The position numbers and the translations under genes are program-made. A DNA stretch of 64,000 bases from Meyerozyma guilliermondii (taxonomy: Eukaryota): the NCBI GenBank assembly GCA_051546255.1, contig CP128822.1:310001-374000 (forward strand), in the 5' to 3' direction. Below the pieces are notes generated by a model, which made no database searches, was not told where the DNA came from, and saw only the letters and a program-made list of their open reading frames with translations. Below are positions 10,319-21,643 of the stretch, in pieces (position 1 is the stretch's first letter; the number at the start of each line of letters is the position of its first letter).

Positions 10319-11797
10319 CTAATTGTCACACTGAGTTTTGATTTGTAAATGTTTGAGTTTCCCTTTCTTATCCAATTTAAGCACGTACCAGATACAAACA
10401 CACAAAAAAGCCTCCACGGCAAAAAATGCCATGGCACACTGGTACCCGTTTTTATAATGAGGTGCCTCGCTAGCTGGATAGATCAATAATGCGACCCAGG
10501 CTTGAAAAGCAAACCCAACTGCTTGGGTAACACCAATTACGATAGTTCTCTGCTCGGCTGATTCGCTAATCACTTCGTTGAGCCAAGTTAGAACCAAAGT
10601 TACAAAACCCATTTCGGCGGAAAGAATGAACCATCCTGCGAATTCAGCTTTGGTATTTTTCACTGTCAGTTTTTCACATATTAGTAGGATCAAAGATCCT
10701 AGAAATCCAAAGAAAGCATATCCTAGTGTGAATGGTAATCTTTTTCCCGTTAGATCTGAGGAAATAGAAAAAATTATCATAACCACTATCTGAAGTGCGT
10801 AAGAAGCAGTAGGAATGATATTCAATAACCGAACATTATGAGAATATCTTGAGATTGACTTGAGCCACAAATTCAAAAATGTGGACAAGTTGATCGAAAT
10901 TTCATGAAATACAACAACAGCAGTGAAAAGGTACAAGGGCCACAGAGATACAATGTTCTTTATTGTTTCAAGATTGAGATTTTTGTAGGAGGCTCTTTTC
11001 ACACTTTTCATTCTTTCGACACATTTAGCTTTTTCCTGTGGATTTAACCAGAATGCCCTGCTATCGTCTGGTGTATCTGGTACAGCAAGAAATCCGTAAA
11101 TTGCTACAGGAATTCCAATAATTCCGTCAAAGACAAATAACCATCTCCACGCTGCTAGTCCTGCTTTATGGTTCATGTTTGCAAATAATGCTGCTTGCAA
11201 ATACCCCAGGAACATTTGGGCACCGGAGGAAGAAATTTGAATCAATGTGACTTTGAAACCAAGAGAGGTGGTATACCAGTTTCCTAGTAAAGTTATAAAT
11301 GCTGGATAAGCTGCCGCTTCGAAAAAACCCACTTAAAATCGAAGTCCATATAATGTGTGAACTGACTCAACTTTACATATACCAATGGTGACAACAGACC
11401 AAGCTATTTCTAGCAGAGGCAAGAGAATTGAAGCTCTGACCTTACATAGTGCAACTTGAGCCGGAATAACTCCTAGAATGTATCCTACAAGCCACCAAGT
11501 TTGTAAGTAGTTATACTGGTTACCCTGAAAATTGAGGTCCTCTTTTAGACCACTAACATAGGCATTTCTGATATTCATTTGGCTTAGATTCTTGATGAAA
11601 TAACTAACACAAATATAGGTTAGTATGAAGAAGTCAATTTTCAAGGCTAGTATCTTATCGTGCTTATTGCTGGAATCGAAATTGAATAATTTGTCCCATT
11701 TACTAGGCTTGAAGGAACTGGGTTCATCTGTGGTGGATCCATAGTCTGCACTGGGGGAAGTCAATACGGCTTCAATGTCATCGTTTTTGTCTGACAT
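10319..11797 (-). pseudogene. MFS permease of the pantothenate/allantoate (FEN2/SEO1-like) family interrupted by one in-frame TAA
   Basis: ORFs 11333-11797 and 10319-11332 are contiguous and in frame: LYGLRF*VGFFEA; family motifs KIDFFILTY, NAYVSGLKEDL, GLAAWRWLFVFDG. Confidence 0.8.
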
Positions 11798-12388
11798 AGG
11801 CCTTTGAAGATTTTTACTGAAAATTAAGTTATCATACTACTACCAAGGTACATGAGCAAAATTTGCAACTTAAAAAAATGAACTGAAATTTTATTTCGAT
11901 GGATTGAAATTGAATGAGGGACTGTAGTAGTGCTCAATCTAGGATATTCAACATTCCGTCTTATTTTCTAGAGATAAAAATGTAAATAATATTGGAAGCC
12001 TAAAAGGAATATGGTGAGGCTAACGTCCAATTTGGGACTTGAATAAAAAAAAAGGAACAAATGATACTCTTCTTCATAAAAGGTCAATGGTAAAGCGATA
12101 ACAATCCATGGTAATTGAAGATACCAGAGCTTTCTTTAAACCTATTATTTTATACAATTACTTCGATTGCAAAATCACAAGCATAAGAAATCAACTTTCA
12201 GTAATCTTCATTTTCTAATTTCACTATTCATAAGGCATAACGACCAGCCATGAGCTGTTTTGATCAGGCTACTTTTGGCTCCTTTACACTTTCCACTGTC
12301 ATTTTTTACTTTTTCATTTTTTCATTTTGTCATTTTTCACTTCGTCCTCTGGCCACATTGGATTTTCTCATAGACTTCTTTCTATTTT

Positions 12389-14008
12389 TTATACCTGCGA
12401 CTTCTCGTCATCCGATTGTTCCCTAGAATTCACGTTCTCCACATGTTCGGCATTGATCTTTTCCGCAAGTTCGTGGTCCGACAACAAAGGAACATGAGGT
12501 TGCCAGTTGGTGGTTTTCCAAGCTGGAATTTTTTCTTCCCAAATTTGAGCAATTTCTTCCAAGCGCTTCCCCTTGGTTTCTGGGAAGAAGAAGAACACAT
12601 GGATGAACATACATGCGCAGAAAGTGGCATAAATACAGTATGTCTTCCAGGTGATATTTTTAAACGAAGATGGTGTGAACATGGCGAGCGCAAAATTGAA
12701 AATCCAATTTGAAGCAGTTGACACAGCGGCTCCTCTCTGTCTCGATTGTGAGTCTCCCCAGACTTCAGAGCAGTATAACCAGATACCAACTCCCCAGGAA
12801 AATCCGAACGATGCTACGAAAAGGTAGCAGCATGCAATGACACCTTTTGCAGCCGATTTGTGATTGTCAGGAATTTTAATTTTGACAGTATCACTGAGAT
12901 CGTACGGGACAGAGTACCTGGCCAAGATCCCTGCCACTGCAAACTGCCAGGTCATCATGGAAGCTGCTCCGACAAGTAAAATTTTTCTTCTTCCAAATTT
13001 GTCCAAAAAGAATAATGAGACAAATGTAACAACGACAAAGATAACGTACTGAATTGTCGATGATACCAACACTCCATTTCCACCGTAGCCAGCCATTTCG
13101 AAAATGTAAACGATATAGTACATCATGACATTCATTCCGGTCAATTGTTGCCAGATTTGAGCGAACATGGCTGTGATGGTTCTGGGAAGATATTTTTTCG
13201 AAAACAAGTCAGCATAGGTAAAGGCTTTGGCATTCTCGTCAACCATCAATTGGTCTTTTATTTCCGAAATTTCAATCAAAACATCGGGATTTTCTCGATC
13301 TCCCTTCGCCTGAATTTTGGCTACGATGATTTCGGCTTCGTCCCAGTGACCTTGTTTGGCCAACCATCTAGGAGATTCTGGAATAAAGAAGACACCAATA
13401 CACATGAGGAGTCCAGGAATGATCTGGAGTGCCCAGGCTAACCTGAAAGCTGCCGCAGTCTTAATATGAGAAGTTCCGTAACTTATGAAGAACATAATCA
13501 TGATACCGAGGGTGACAGATAATTGAAAAATTCCACCAATTCTTCCTCTAATTTTTCTAGGTGCCATCTCGGAGCCATATACGGGAGCCACAGACGACCC
13601 GAAACCAACCCCAAATCCAGATATAATCCGACCAATAATCAATTGAGCTCGGTTCTGCGAAGACGCTTGGATGGCTGCTCCTATCATCCAAAACCACGAA
13701 CAAGTTAGTAAGGAAGCTCGTCTTCCAAATGGCTCAGACACAAACGCAGAAGCAATTGACCCGAAAAATGAACCCAAAGCCATGGCAGATGTGATAAATC
13801 CTTGAATCACTGCTGAAGGTGTATCGAAATAATTCACGTATGCTGGTAAACTGACAAATGCTGACATTGAAGAAATATCAAAGCCGAACATCATACCCGC
13901 AATGCACGAGATTATAGAAATGATATATGGATTGTAGATATTGGGAGTTTTGTCAAGAAAGCTTCTAAACTTCAAGGCCGGAGCCACTAGTTTGTCCTCG
14001 TAAGCCAT
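12389..14008 (-). CDS. Sugar porter, HGT1/HGT2-like (recalled as resembling the M. guilliermondii arabinose/xylose transporter)
   Basis: FGFDISS, FGRR, PESPRWL, QQLTGMN, PETKG motifs. Confidence 0.93.
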   Translation of the reverse strand: MAYEDKLVAPALKFRSFLDKTPNIYNPYIISIISCIAGMMFGFDISSMSAFVSLPAYVNYFDTPSAVIQGFITSAMALGSFFGSIASAFVSEPFGRRASLLTCSWFWMIGAAIQASSQNRAQLIIGRIISGFGVGFGSSVAPVYGSEMAPRKIRGRIGGIFQLSVTLGIMIMFFISYGTSHIKTAAAFRLAWALQIIPGLLMCIGVFFIPESPRWLAKQGHWDEAEIIVAKIQAKGDRENPDVLIEISEIKDQLMVDENAKAFTYADLFSKKYLPRTITAMFAQIWQQLTGMNVMMYYIVYIFEMAGYGGNGVLVSSTIQYVIFVVVTFVSLFFLDKFGRRKILLVGAASMMTWQFAVAGILARYSVPYDLSDTVKIKIPDNHKSAAKGVIACCYLFVASFGFSWGVGIWLYCSEVWGDSQSRQRGAAVSTASNWIFNFALAMFTPSSFKNITWKTYCIYATFCACMFIHVFFFFPETKGKRLEEIAQIWEEKIPAWKTTNWQPHVPLLSDHELAEKINAEHVENVNSREQSDDEKSQV

Positions 14009-14280
14009 AGCAAAAAAAAGAAAAATAAGTTAAACTTGTGAAATGGAATGCATAGTTATAGGGAATTGATTGCAATTTATAATCATGGCATCAATTCCGG
14101 CCTCCTTTGACCACGTACGAATAAAAAAAAACCAAGCAATGTGTGCGGCGAAATGTAAAAGATCTCCGATCATAATGCAAGTTGCAACACCTTCAAACCC
14201 AAACGGCAGTATATCCGAGAGAATTAGCAAAGCAACACCGGTAAGATCTCCCGATTGGGCAATCGTAGAAAAAAAGAATT

Positions 14281-14400
14281 CCCCTCCCCCACTTTCCGGT
14301 TTTATTTCCGGGGATTTATCCGGGGTGACGTGCAGCTTTACCCCAGACCCCAGTTGCGCTGTGGGGCATACTGCAACCCTTGTCACAAGTGTGGGGTTAC
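14281..14400. promoter_or_regulatory. Cluster of Mig1-like SYGGGG boxes and CGG elements upstream of the first porter
   Basis: CCCCAC 14287, CCCCAG 14341 and 14348, GTGGGG 14361 and 14391, TTATCCG 14316. Confidence 0.5.
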
Positions 14401-15250
14401 ATCGTTCTATTCGAACCACCGGAATTTGAACCGCATTTCGGACCCGCAATTCGGAGTCGAGATTGATTCAATTCACGATTATTTATTGCGGATTTACTTG
14501 CTTAAAAATGGCAGGAAATCATCCTCAGCCTTAATATGAGAGTTTCCGCGTTAGGTTCCTCTGCCGTGTTTAACAGGCACCGCATTGCATAGTGGGGTTA
14601 AGGGGTCCTCGACTTTCATTTCGGGTCTATTGTTCCGAATGAGGAATTGTTCCCGGAAGTTGTAAAGTTAGAAAGGTGGCCTTATCTTGGTCGAGGCTGA
14701 TAGACCGGACTGTAGTGTCGGCATTGTTTCACATATATCACAAAATTGAAAATTGGCTTGAAACGGTCACCTTTGCTATGCTTTTCATTTGGCTGCGAAA
14801 ACGTAAAATTAGATTGAAATATTTGCTGGTAGTATAATTCACGGAAATACTTTGTAGAAAAACTATAAATTGAAGATCTGCTACCAATAATGTCCTAAAT
14901 TGAATTTTATATGTGGTATTCTAGTGAATTTGTCACAGTGATTGCAATAAGGAGATAAGAGTCGCATATAGGAAATTGAGCATAAATGCATTTCGCTTTG
15001 ATTGTAGTGAAAGCTCTTGAATAGGCCCTGTATTGGTTGAAGAGGAACCAAATTAGATGAAATGTCAAACTCTCAAATTTGAGTACTACATTTTTATCAT
15101 ATTATGTGCGCCTGCTGCATTTGACAATGGCTGCGAAATTCTTTCAAAATTCACAATCGTTCAAATTTGAAGTTTTCATTCGTCAAGCTTTTCTACATAA
15201 AATAAAGTGTATTTGTATCACGCAGGCATAAAGTATTACAAGAATTAAAA

Positions 15251-16867
15251 TTAGACAGTTGGCTTTTCCTCCGATGATTGCGATTGAAGCATGTTTTCGT
15301 CGTGCTTGGTGCTCATCTTCTCGGCAAGCTCGTGGTCCGACAACAAAGGAACGTGTGGTTGCCACTTGGAAGTCTTCCAAGCTGGGACCTTTTCTTCCCA
15401 AATTTGAGCAATTTCTTCCAAACGCTTACCCTTGGTTTCTGGGAAGAAGAAGAACACATGGATGAACATACATCCACAGAAAGTGGCATAGATACAGTAT
15501 GTCTTCCAGGTGATGTTCTTGAAAGAAGATGGAGTGAACATACCAATGGCAAAGTTGAAAATCCAGTTGGCAGCGGTAGCAACAGCAGCTCCTCTTTGTC
15601 TCGATTGAGAGTCTCCCCAAACTTCAGAACAGTAAACCCAGATACCAACACCCCAGGTGGAAGCGAACGAAGCAACGAAAAGATAACAACATGCAATCAC
15701 ACCTTTAGCAGCAGATTTGTGCTTGTCAGGAATGGTAATTTTGACAGTGTCATTGAGGTCGTAAGGCTCAGAGTAAGTAGCCAAAATACCAGCCACACCA
15801 AATTGCCAAGCCATCATAGCAGCGGCACCAAATAACAACATCTTTCTTCTACCAACTCTGTCCAACAAGTACAAAGATGGAATGGTGACAACGGTGTTAA
15901 TGATGTACTGGATAAGAGAAGGAATCAAGTTGGTGTCTCCCTCGTAACCAGCCATTTGGAAAATGTAGACAATGTAGTACATCATGACGTTCATACCGGT
16001 CAATTGTTGCCAGATTTGAGCAGAGATGGCGGTGATGGTTCTTGGAAGGTATTTCTTGGAAAACAAGTCGGCGTAGGTGAAAGCCTTGGCGTGCTCATCG
16101 AGCAACAATTGTTCCTTGATTTCGGAGATTTCAATCAACACATCGGGGTCTTCTCTGTTTCCCTTGGCTTGGATGTTGGCGACGATGATTTCGGCTTCCT
16201 CCCAGTATCCTTGTTTAGCCAACCATCTAGGAGACTCAGGAATGAAGAAACATCCCAAAAGCAAGAAAAGACCAGGAACAATCTGGACACCCCAGGGGAT
16301 TCTAAATGAGCCCACAGCATCGATTTTGGAGCATCCGTAACCAATGAGGAACATGATGAAGATACCAAGAGTGACGGAGAATTGGAAGAATCCTCCAATG
16401 GTACCTCTGATCTTTCTTGGAGCCATTTCAGATCCGTAAACTGGAGCAACAGAAGATCCGAAACCAACACCAAAACCAGAAATGATACGACCAATGATCA
16501 ATTGGGCAACATTCTGAGATGAACATTGGATAGCAGCACCAACACACCAGAGGAAACCACAAATGAGCAAAGAAGCTCTTCTTCCGAAAGGTTCAGAAAC
16601 GAATGACGAAAGAAGAGAACCAAAAAATGAACCCAAAGACATAGCAGCAGTAATGAAACCCTGTAAATCAGACTTGGGGCTGTGGAAGAAGTTCAAGTAT
16701 GGTGTTTGACCCACAAAAACCGACATCGATGAAATATCGAAACCAAACATGGCACCTGAAATACAGGAGATGGATGCAATAACATAAACATTGTATGTGT
16801 TTGGAGTCCTGTCGATGAAGTTTCTAAACTTCAAGGCCGGAGCCACTAATTTGTCTTCGTAACCCAT
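15251..16867 (-). CDS. Sugar porter, HGT1/HGT2-like; tandem paralogue of 12389-14008
   Basis: Same motifs; ATG at 16867 gives MGYEDKLVAPALKF, matching the paralogue. Confidence 0.93.
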   Translation of the reverse strand: MGYEDKLVAPALKFRNFIDRTPNTYNVYVIASISCISGAMFGFDISSMSVFVGQTPYLNFFHSPKSDLQGFITAAMSLGSFFGSLLSSFVSEPFGRRASLLICGFLWCVGAAIQCSSQNVAQLIIGRIISGFGVGFGSSVAPVYGSEMAPRKIRGTIGGFFQFSVTLGIFIMFLIGYGCSKIDAVGSFRIPWGVQIVPGLFLLLGCFFIPESPRWLAKQGYWEEAEIIVANIQAKGNREDPDVLIEISEIKEQLLLDEHAKAFTYADLFSKKYLPRTITAISAQIWQQLTGMNVMMYYIVYIFQMAGYEGDTNLIPSLIQYIINTVVTIPSLYLLDRVGRRKMLLFGAAAMMAWQFGVAGILATYSEPYDLNDTVKITIPDKHKSAAKGVIACCYLFVASFASTWGVGIWVYCSEVWGDSQSRQRGAAVATAANWIFNFAIGMFTPSSFKNITWKTYCIYATFCGCMFIHVFFFFPETKGKRLEEIAQIWEEKVPAWKTSKWQPHVPLLSDHELAEKMSTKHDENMLQSQSSEEKPTV

Positions 16868-17418
16868 GGAATTTAATGAAGAAAAAAAGAGCAAGGGACC
16901 CAGCTATTTTATAGTAAGAGGAACGGCCGGAGCCGAAGTAGGAAAAAATTTTTGACTGGGGAATTCAGGCAGCCAGCTGCATTCATGTGGGGCAATTTTC
17001 CGAAAAAAAAAATATTATGCATAGAGTCATGCATAAAAAATGGAGAAAAACGCGATATTGTCAAACCGTACGCCGTCCTCACCTTTAAAATCTGGATTTG
17101 GTCGTGTCCGCACCGCACACCTCTACTAATCAGGAAATCGGAATAACGATTTTCCGTGACTCCCCGCACCCCCAGCTCCCCGGCTCCGTGGCTTACAATA
17201 TGTGCGGAGGTTAGACGCATGAGCTGCATACAGATGTAATGTTGCATCGGTATTTGCAGATCCTTCATCCAACGGCAGTTGCCATTCACATTACCGATAC
17301 ACAATGCGAATGCACAATGTATCCCCTCCTGCTAATGGGCCGTTCGGCCAGTCGGTTTCGTAAATCGTGTATTGTCTGTCGACTGGTCTATTAATCTCTA
17401 AACTATTCCGTGATTACA

Positions 17419-18921
17419 TCATAATGCATGACCCTCACATTCAAAGAGCCGTACCTTGTCTGGGCACTGTTTTAACATTATACTCGGTACTGGACTAGGA
17501 CTCAATGACGTGGGAGTAGTAGGGGGTGCTTCAGCCCCGTTGAGTTTCCCCACCTTGTGGTCGGGCCACTCGTAATCTTGAGATATTTCCGGCGGGGTTG
17601 CAAGCTGTGGGTTTCTGATCGGACAAATTTTATGCATATCCTGGTGCTGCTTCGCATAAACGCTGCATACCCCAATGGGGCAATCGGTGACGAAATGGTT
17701 GCAGGAGGAGATCTCTTTTTCCAAGGTGGGGAGGTCGCTCCGTTTGTTCGGGTCTAGCCGAAAAATCGTTTCAAGAATTCGATCGAATTCCTTGGTTATT
17801 GGCAATATCGATTGAAGTACCAGTTTGTCTTGAAGCATGTAGGTTGCGAAAACTTTGCTTTCTCCGTTCGCGGATTTTTCCGGCAGAAACAGAGCTATTG
17901 GCCAAGGGTTTCGGGAGCATGTTATGTTGATGAAAAGAACTCCCAATGACCATATATCGCCTGCGAGGGTAGGGAGGTACTTTGCACTTGATTCGTCTTC
18001 ATTTTCTGGTTCTGGAGTGGAAAATTGGTCCATATCTACCAATTTTGCAAGCAATTTATTGGTATTATAATTTGTAATACGTTCGGGCGCCATGTAAAAA
18101 GACGAGCCTCGGCATGCGTTGCAACAGATGATATTCGAGTTCATTGCTAGGCCAAAATCTATGAGCAGAACTCTGATTTCGTCGTAATTGATAATGGTGT
18201 TGGGACCACAGTCTTGTTCGCTGCGACGGTATTCACGATTATACTGGACCATGATGTTTTCTGGCTTGAGATCACAATGGTAGATGCCTTGCTGGTGGCA
18301 GTAGTTGATGGCATCCACGAGTTGAAGCATCACATTGGCCATAAGTCTTTGTCTGTTCTGGTAAGGAGGAGGATTACTAAATAGACCCTTTTCGATGATG
18401 TTTCCAAAAAGATCTCCCTGGGGATAGTAGTCCATGACGATGGCTACCGCCTCGTCTCCGAGCGACAAAACCTGGTGCAAAGTGGTGATATTGGGGTGAT
18501 CGTGCACCACCAACTGCAATGCTATTTCTCGTAAAAAAGGACAGTGAACGGCATTTTGACGAATGGTTTCGAGATCAAGTTGTGCTGGTGGTTCCTGATC
18601 ATAGCACATGGAGAAATAATGGTGGATTCTTTTCATAATGTAGATTTTATTGGCTGCAACATCACGGGTTAAGCATTGGCGAATAGGAGGATTATTGAGG
18701 ATCATCTTGACAGCATATTGCTTTCCAGCGTTTACATCTCGGATGCCATAGATCAAACCATAAGTTCCAGCGCCAATCTTGGTGGTAAACTGGAATCTGG
18801 GTGACAAAAAAAGCCCATCGAGGGCATATTCTGATAAGAGTTCTTGGTAAGGTGTCGAAGGACACATTTGTTTGTTGTTGCTATTATTGCTTATACTGAG
18901 TAGCGGAAGCACAGCCGTCAT
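17419..18921 (-). CDS. SHA3: Ser/Thr protein kinase, SKS1/VHS1 (SHA3) type
   Basis: IGAGTYG, YHCDLKPEN, IDFGLA, CRGSSFYMAPE, GDIWSLG, RNPW; first ATG at 18921; lies between HGT and GAL1 as in Candida. Confidence 0.85.
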   Translation of the reverse strand: MTAVLPLLSISNNSNNKQMCPSTPYQELLSEYALDGLFLSPRFQFTTKIGAGTYGLIYGIRDVNAGKQYAVKMILNNPPIRQCLTRDVAANKIYIMKRIHHYFSMCYDQEPPAQLDLETIRQNAVHCPFLREIALQLVVHDHPNITTLHQVLSLGDEAVAIVMDYYPQGDLFGNIIEKGLFSNPPPYQNRQRLMANVMLQLVDAINYCHQQGIYHCDLKPENIMVQYNREYRRSEQDCGPNTIINYDEIRVLLIDFGLAMNSNIICCNACRGSSFYMAPERITNYNTNKLLAKLVDMDQFSTPEPENEDESSAKYLPTLAGDIWSLGVLFINITCSRNPWPIALFLPEKSANGESKVFATYMLQDKLVLQSILPITKEFDRILETIFRLDPNKRSDLPTLEKEISSCNHFVTDCPIGVCSVYAKQHQDMHKICPIRNPQLATPPEISQDYEWPDHKVGKLNGAEAPPTTPTSLSPSPVPSIMLKQCPDKVRLFECEGHAL

Positions 18922-19494
18922 GTTATATTGAAATTTGATGGCAAAAACACATGAAATGTTTTGAAAGCATCGTACAACCTTTATGGTTGCGTGATATCGG
19001 CGGAAATCGGAGGAGCTCAGCCGTAAAGCACGGGTGTCCGGATGCCAAGCCGTATCGGTCCCGTATCCCAGTGTGGGTGTATGGGTGTCCTCGGCCGATG
19101 TCGGTGGGCAAAGCCCGAAGTCGCCTGATCGGTCAATGGTCAGTTCGGCGATACAAGTGCGTGGCGTTAAGCACTCCGAGGTCTGGAGCTTGTCATTCAA
19201 CACGCCTCGGAAGGAGTTGTTATTCAAGGAAATCAGACAATTGTAGATATGAATTTAGGTTTGTAGTTTTATGGTGTACGAGTGTGAGACATTTCTTTCG
19301 TTAATCTAGTTTAAAAAATATTTGAAGATTCTTCTTACTCGCTAGATTGCTTGTTTTGCTTGTTTTGCTTGTTTATTGCTATTTTATTGTTTCGTGCCAC
19401 ACTTTTGGTCAGGTTTCGGATCCTTATCTCCTACTCAACAAAAGTTACTCACAAAAAAAGTTCTAATCTTTTTTTCTTAATTTTACACCTTTCT

Positions 19495-21051
19495 CTATTC
19501 TATCTTATCCAATATGTCCACCACACACGCGCCCTCCGCTGGCTTGGAAACAACAATCGCCTCGTTAAGTTCGGTTTCTGTAATGTTAGGATATGTCTTT
19601 TTGTAGTACTCGGTGGTGAGCACATCGATGAGTTTTTGCAACCGGTCAACGGTGGTCAAGTGTACGATGGATCCACCAAAGGCAGCACCGGTGATTCTGC
19701 TTCCGTAGGCGCCGTTCTCGCGGGCAATTCTGCAAAGCTCTTCACATTTTGGAGGAGAAGCATTGTTGAGAATATTGCAAGAAACTTGCGATTCGTTCAT
19801 CAACTTTCCAAATTGCTGGAGGTAGTCTTCGGAGTCTCCTTTGAAGTCGCGTGCAACCTTGATACACTGGAGAACACGCAACGAGTCGGAGAAGACATGT
19901 TTTGTTCTTTGGTATATCTTGAGTAGGTCGTAGCGGACTGGGAAGGCGCTCAAGTATGTGGAAGAAAATTCATCCTTAGACTTTCCAGCGGCCTTTGCTG
20001 CTTCCTCGGTAGTAAAGCCCTTCTTTTCCTCATCGCTAAACACAGTTTCAATGTACTCGAGAATTCTTGTCAACCTCTCAATTCCCATATTGATGTCTTT
20101 TCCATCCCAGTGAGGCTCTCCCAATTTTTGAGTGAAATAAGCATCGAAGGCTCCACGAAGAGTCGCTGTGTTCAAGTTGGAGTCCTGGTCCGTCTTCAAG
20201 CCCAACTTGTGGGCCAACAAGTCCGCAGCGACGGCAACTTCCACCACTCTCAAATTGTAGTTGGTGGGTGCGGTTTCGGTTTTGTTGGAGGTGACGAGAG
20301 AGTTCGAAATCAAGAACACAGCTTCCGGTTTTGTCTTGGGCAACTCGAACGGAGTGGTCTCGAGCTTGGGCTTGAACAGAATCAAGAGCACCTTGGAGGG
20401 TTCCCCGTAAATGGATGCACATTGGTCCATTCCACCGTTACTGAGCCCCACATAATGTTCACATACAACGGTGATTCTGGTGAGATCTTCCTTTGTAATG
20501 TCGCTAATATCGTTCGCCTTCAACACCGCCAACGTAGCAGCAATACAGAATGCTGCGGAAGATGATAACCCACCGCCGGTAGGCACCGTTCCATCAAAGA
20601 GAGCATGGAGTCCTTTCAATGGTTTTTTTCCAGACCCTGTTTTCTCGGGATACGTTTCAGTTATGTACTTGTGAGCCACGAGCAATCCACACTTGAAGTA
20701 GTTTCCCCATGAATGCTGGTTCTTGTCAATGGTGACTAACGAGCCGTCAGAAGGAAGGTCAAACGTTTGCGTGGTGAATTTTTCATCGGTGTTTGCTATT
20801 GTCACAGAATTGTCGTCTGATTTCGATACTGCGGTAATCACATCCACTTCTATAGCCATGGGCAATACCGAAAAATGGCAGTAGTCGATATGGTCTCCCA
20901 TTAAATTCACTCTACCTGGAGCTCTCACCAAGAAATCAGGTTTCTGGTGAAAAGTTTTGGTGAAAGTCTCAACAACCAGGCCATATCTCTTCTTCTGTTT
21001 CTCCGAGTCAGAATAAAATGAAAAGTCTTTCACTGTAGAAACAAGGGGCAT
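19495..21051 (-). CDS. GAL1: Galactokinase
   Basis: RAPGRVNLMGDHIDY, PTGGGLSSSAA, GGMDQ, YNLRVVE. Confidence 0.96.
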   Translation of the reverse strand: MPLVSTVKDFSFYSDSEKQKKRYGLVVETFTKTFHQKPDFLVRAPGRVNLMGDHIDYCHFSVLPMAIEVDVITAVSKSDDNSVTIANTDEKFTTQTFDLPSDGSLVTIDKNQHSWGNYFKCGLLVAHKYITETYPEKTGSGKKPLKGLHALFDGTVPTGGGLSSSAAFCIAATLAVLKANDISDITKEDLTRITVVCEHYVGLSNGGMDQCASIYGEPSKVLLILFKPKLETTPFELPKTKPEAVFLISNSLVTSNKTETAPTNYNLRVVEVAVAADLLAHKLGLKTDQDSNLNTATLRGAFDAYFTQKLGEPHWDGKDINMGIERLTRILEYIETVFSDEEKKGFTTEEAAKAAGKSKDEFSSTYLSAFPVRYDLLKIYQRTKHVFSDSLRVLQCIKVARDFKGDSEDYLQQFGKLMNESQVSCNILNNASPPKCEELCRIARENGAYGSRITGAAFGGSIVHLTTVDRLQKLIDVLTTEYYKKTYPNITETELNEAIVVSKPAEGACVVDILDKIE

Positions 21052-21121
21052 GGTCTAAATTCCCGTAGTTTTGCTGGAATGGTGGAGGATTTATATAGGA
21101 TCCGAATAATTTGGCGCGCGA

Positions 21122-21589
21122 TGTAACGTTGCATTCCGGTCCTGTCCTGATTTTACAGGTGTACACAAGCGATCTCTTGCCGTCAAGCTCATGCATGCAT
21201 ATTTATCCGTGCTCGTAACGTCAGAGCAATACCAACGTGCGTCTCAAGTCCGTGGCGTTGCTGGTCGGTAATATGCGGCATTTTTGGAAAAGAGCCAAGC
21301 AAATTGGAACAGTCACTCAAAGAACAATTACCCGAGATTTACGTACTGGGCTTAGACCGATATTTTTTTCGTGGCTATACATGCGAAGAATACGGATAAA
21401 AACGGATAAAATATGTCATCTGCTTAGCGCGGGGAACCGAAGTGCATAATAGTGGGGGGCGGGGGATCTGCATGCTGTGAGTTTATTCCGGTCAGCAAAA
21501 GAAAGTGCCGCGTGTGGTGCGGTGGGGATAGGTCTCTCAAACAGGATAAAACACCGTTTCCGAAAAATAAACCACGTTGCAACGTTGCA
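21122..21589. promoter_or_regulatory. GAL1-GAL10 divergent promoter: TGYAACGTTGCA palindromes, CGGATAA repeats, SYGGGG boxes
   Basis: TGTAACGTTGCA 21122-21133, TGCAACGTTGCA 21578-21589; CGGATAA 21393 and 21403; GCGGGG/GTGGGG at 21428, 21452, 21458, 21522. Confidence 0.8.
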
Positions 21590-21643
21590 CTCGTTTTGAA
21601 TCTCTATATAACGTCACTATTACCACTCTTTTCTGCATTGAAA

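Noticed and set aside
7521..20674. Long antisense or alternative-frame ORFs over CYP52, the porters and GAL1
   Set aside because: Expected shadows of codon-biased genes; no independent features
18922..21643. N-terminal extensions of the kinase (to 19227) and GAL10 (from 21452)
   Set aside because: Non-ATG starts running through promoter DNA; similarity begins at the downstream ATGs
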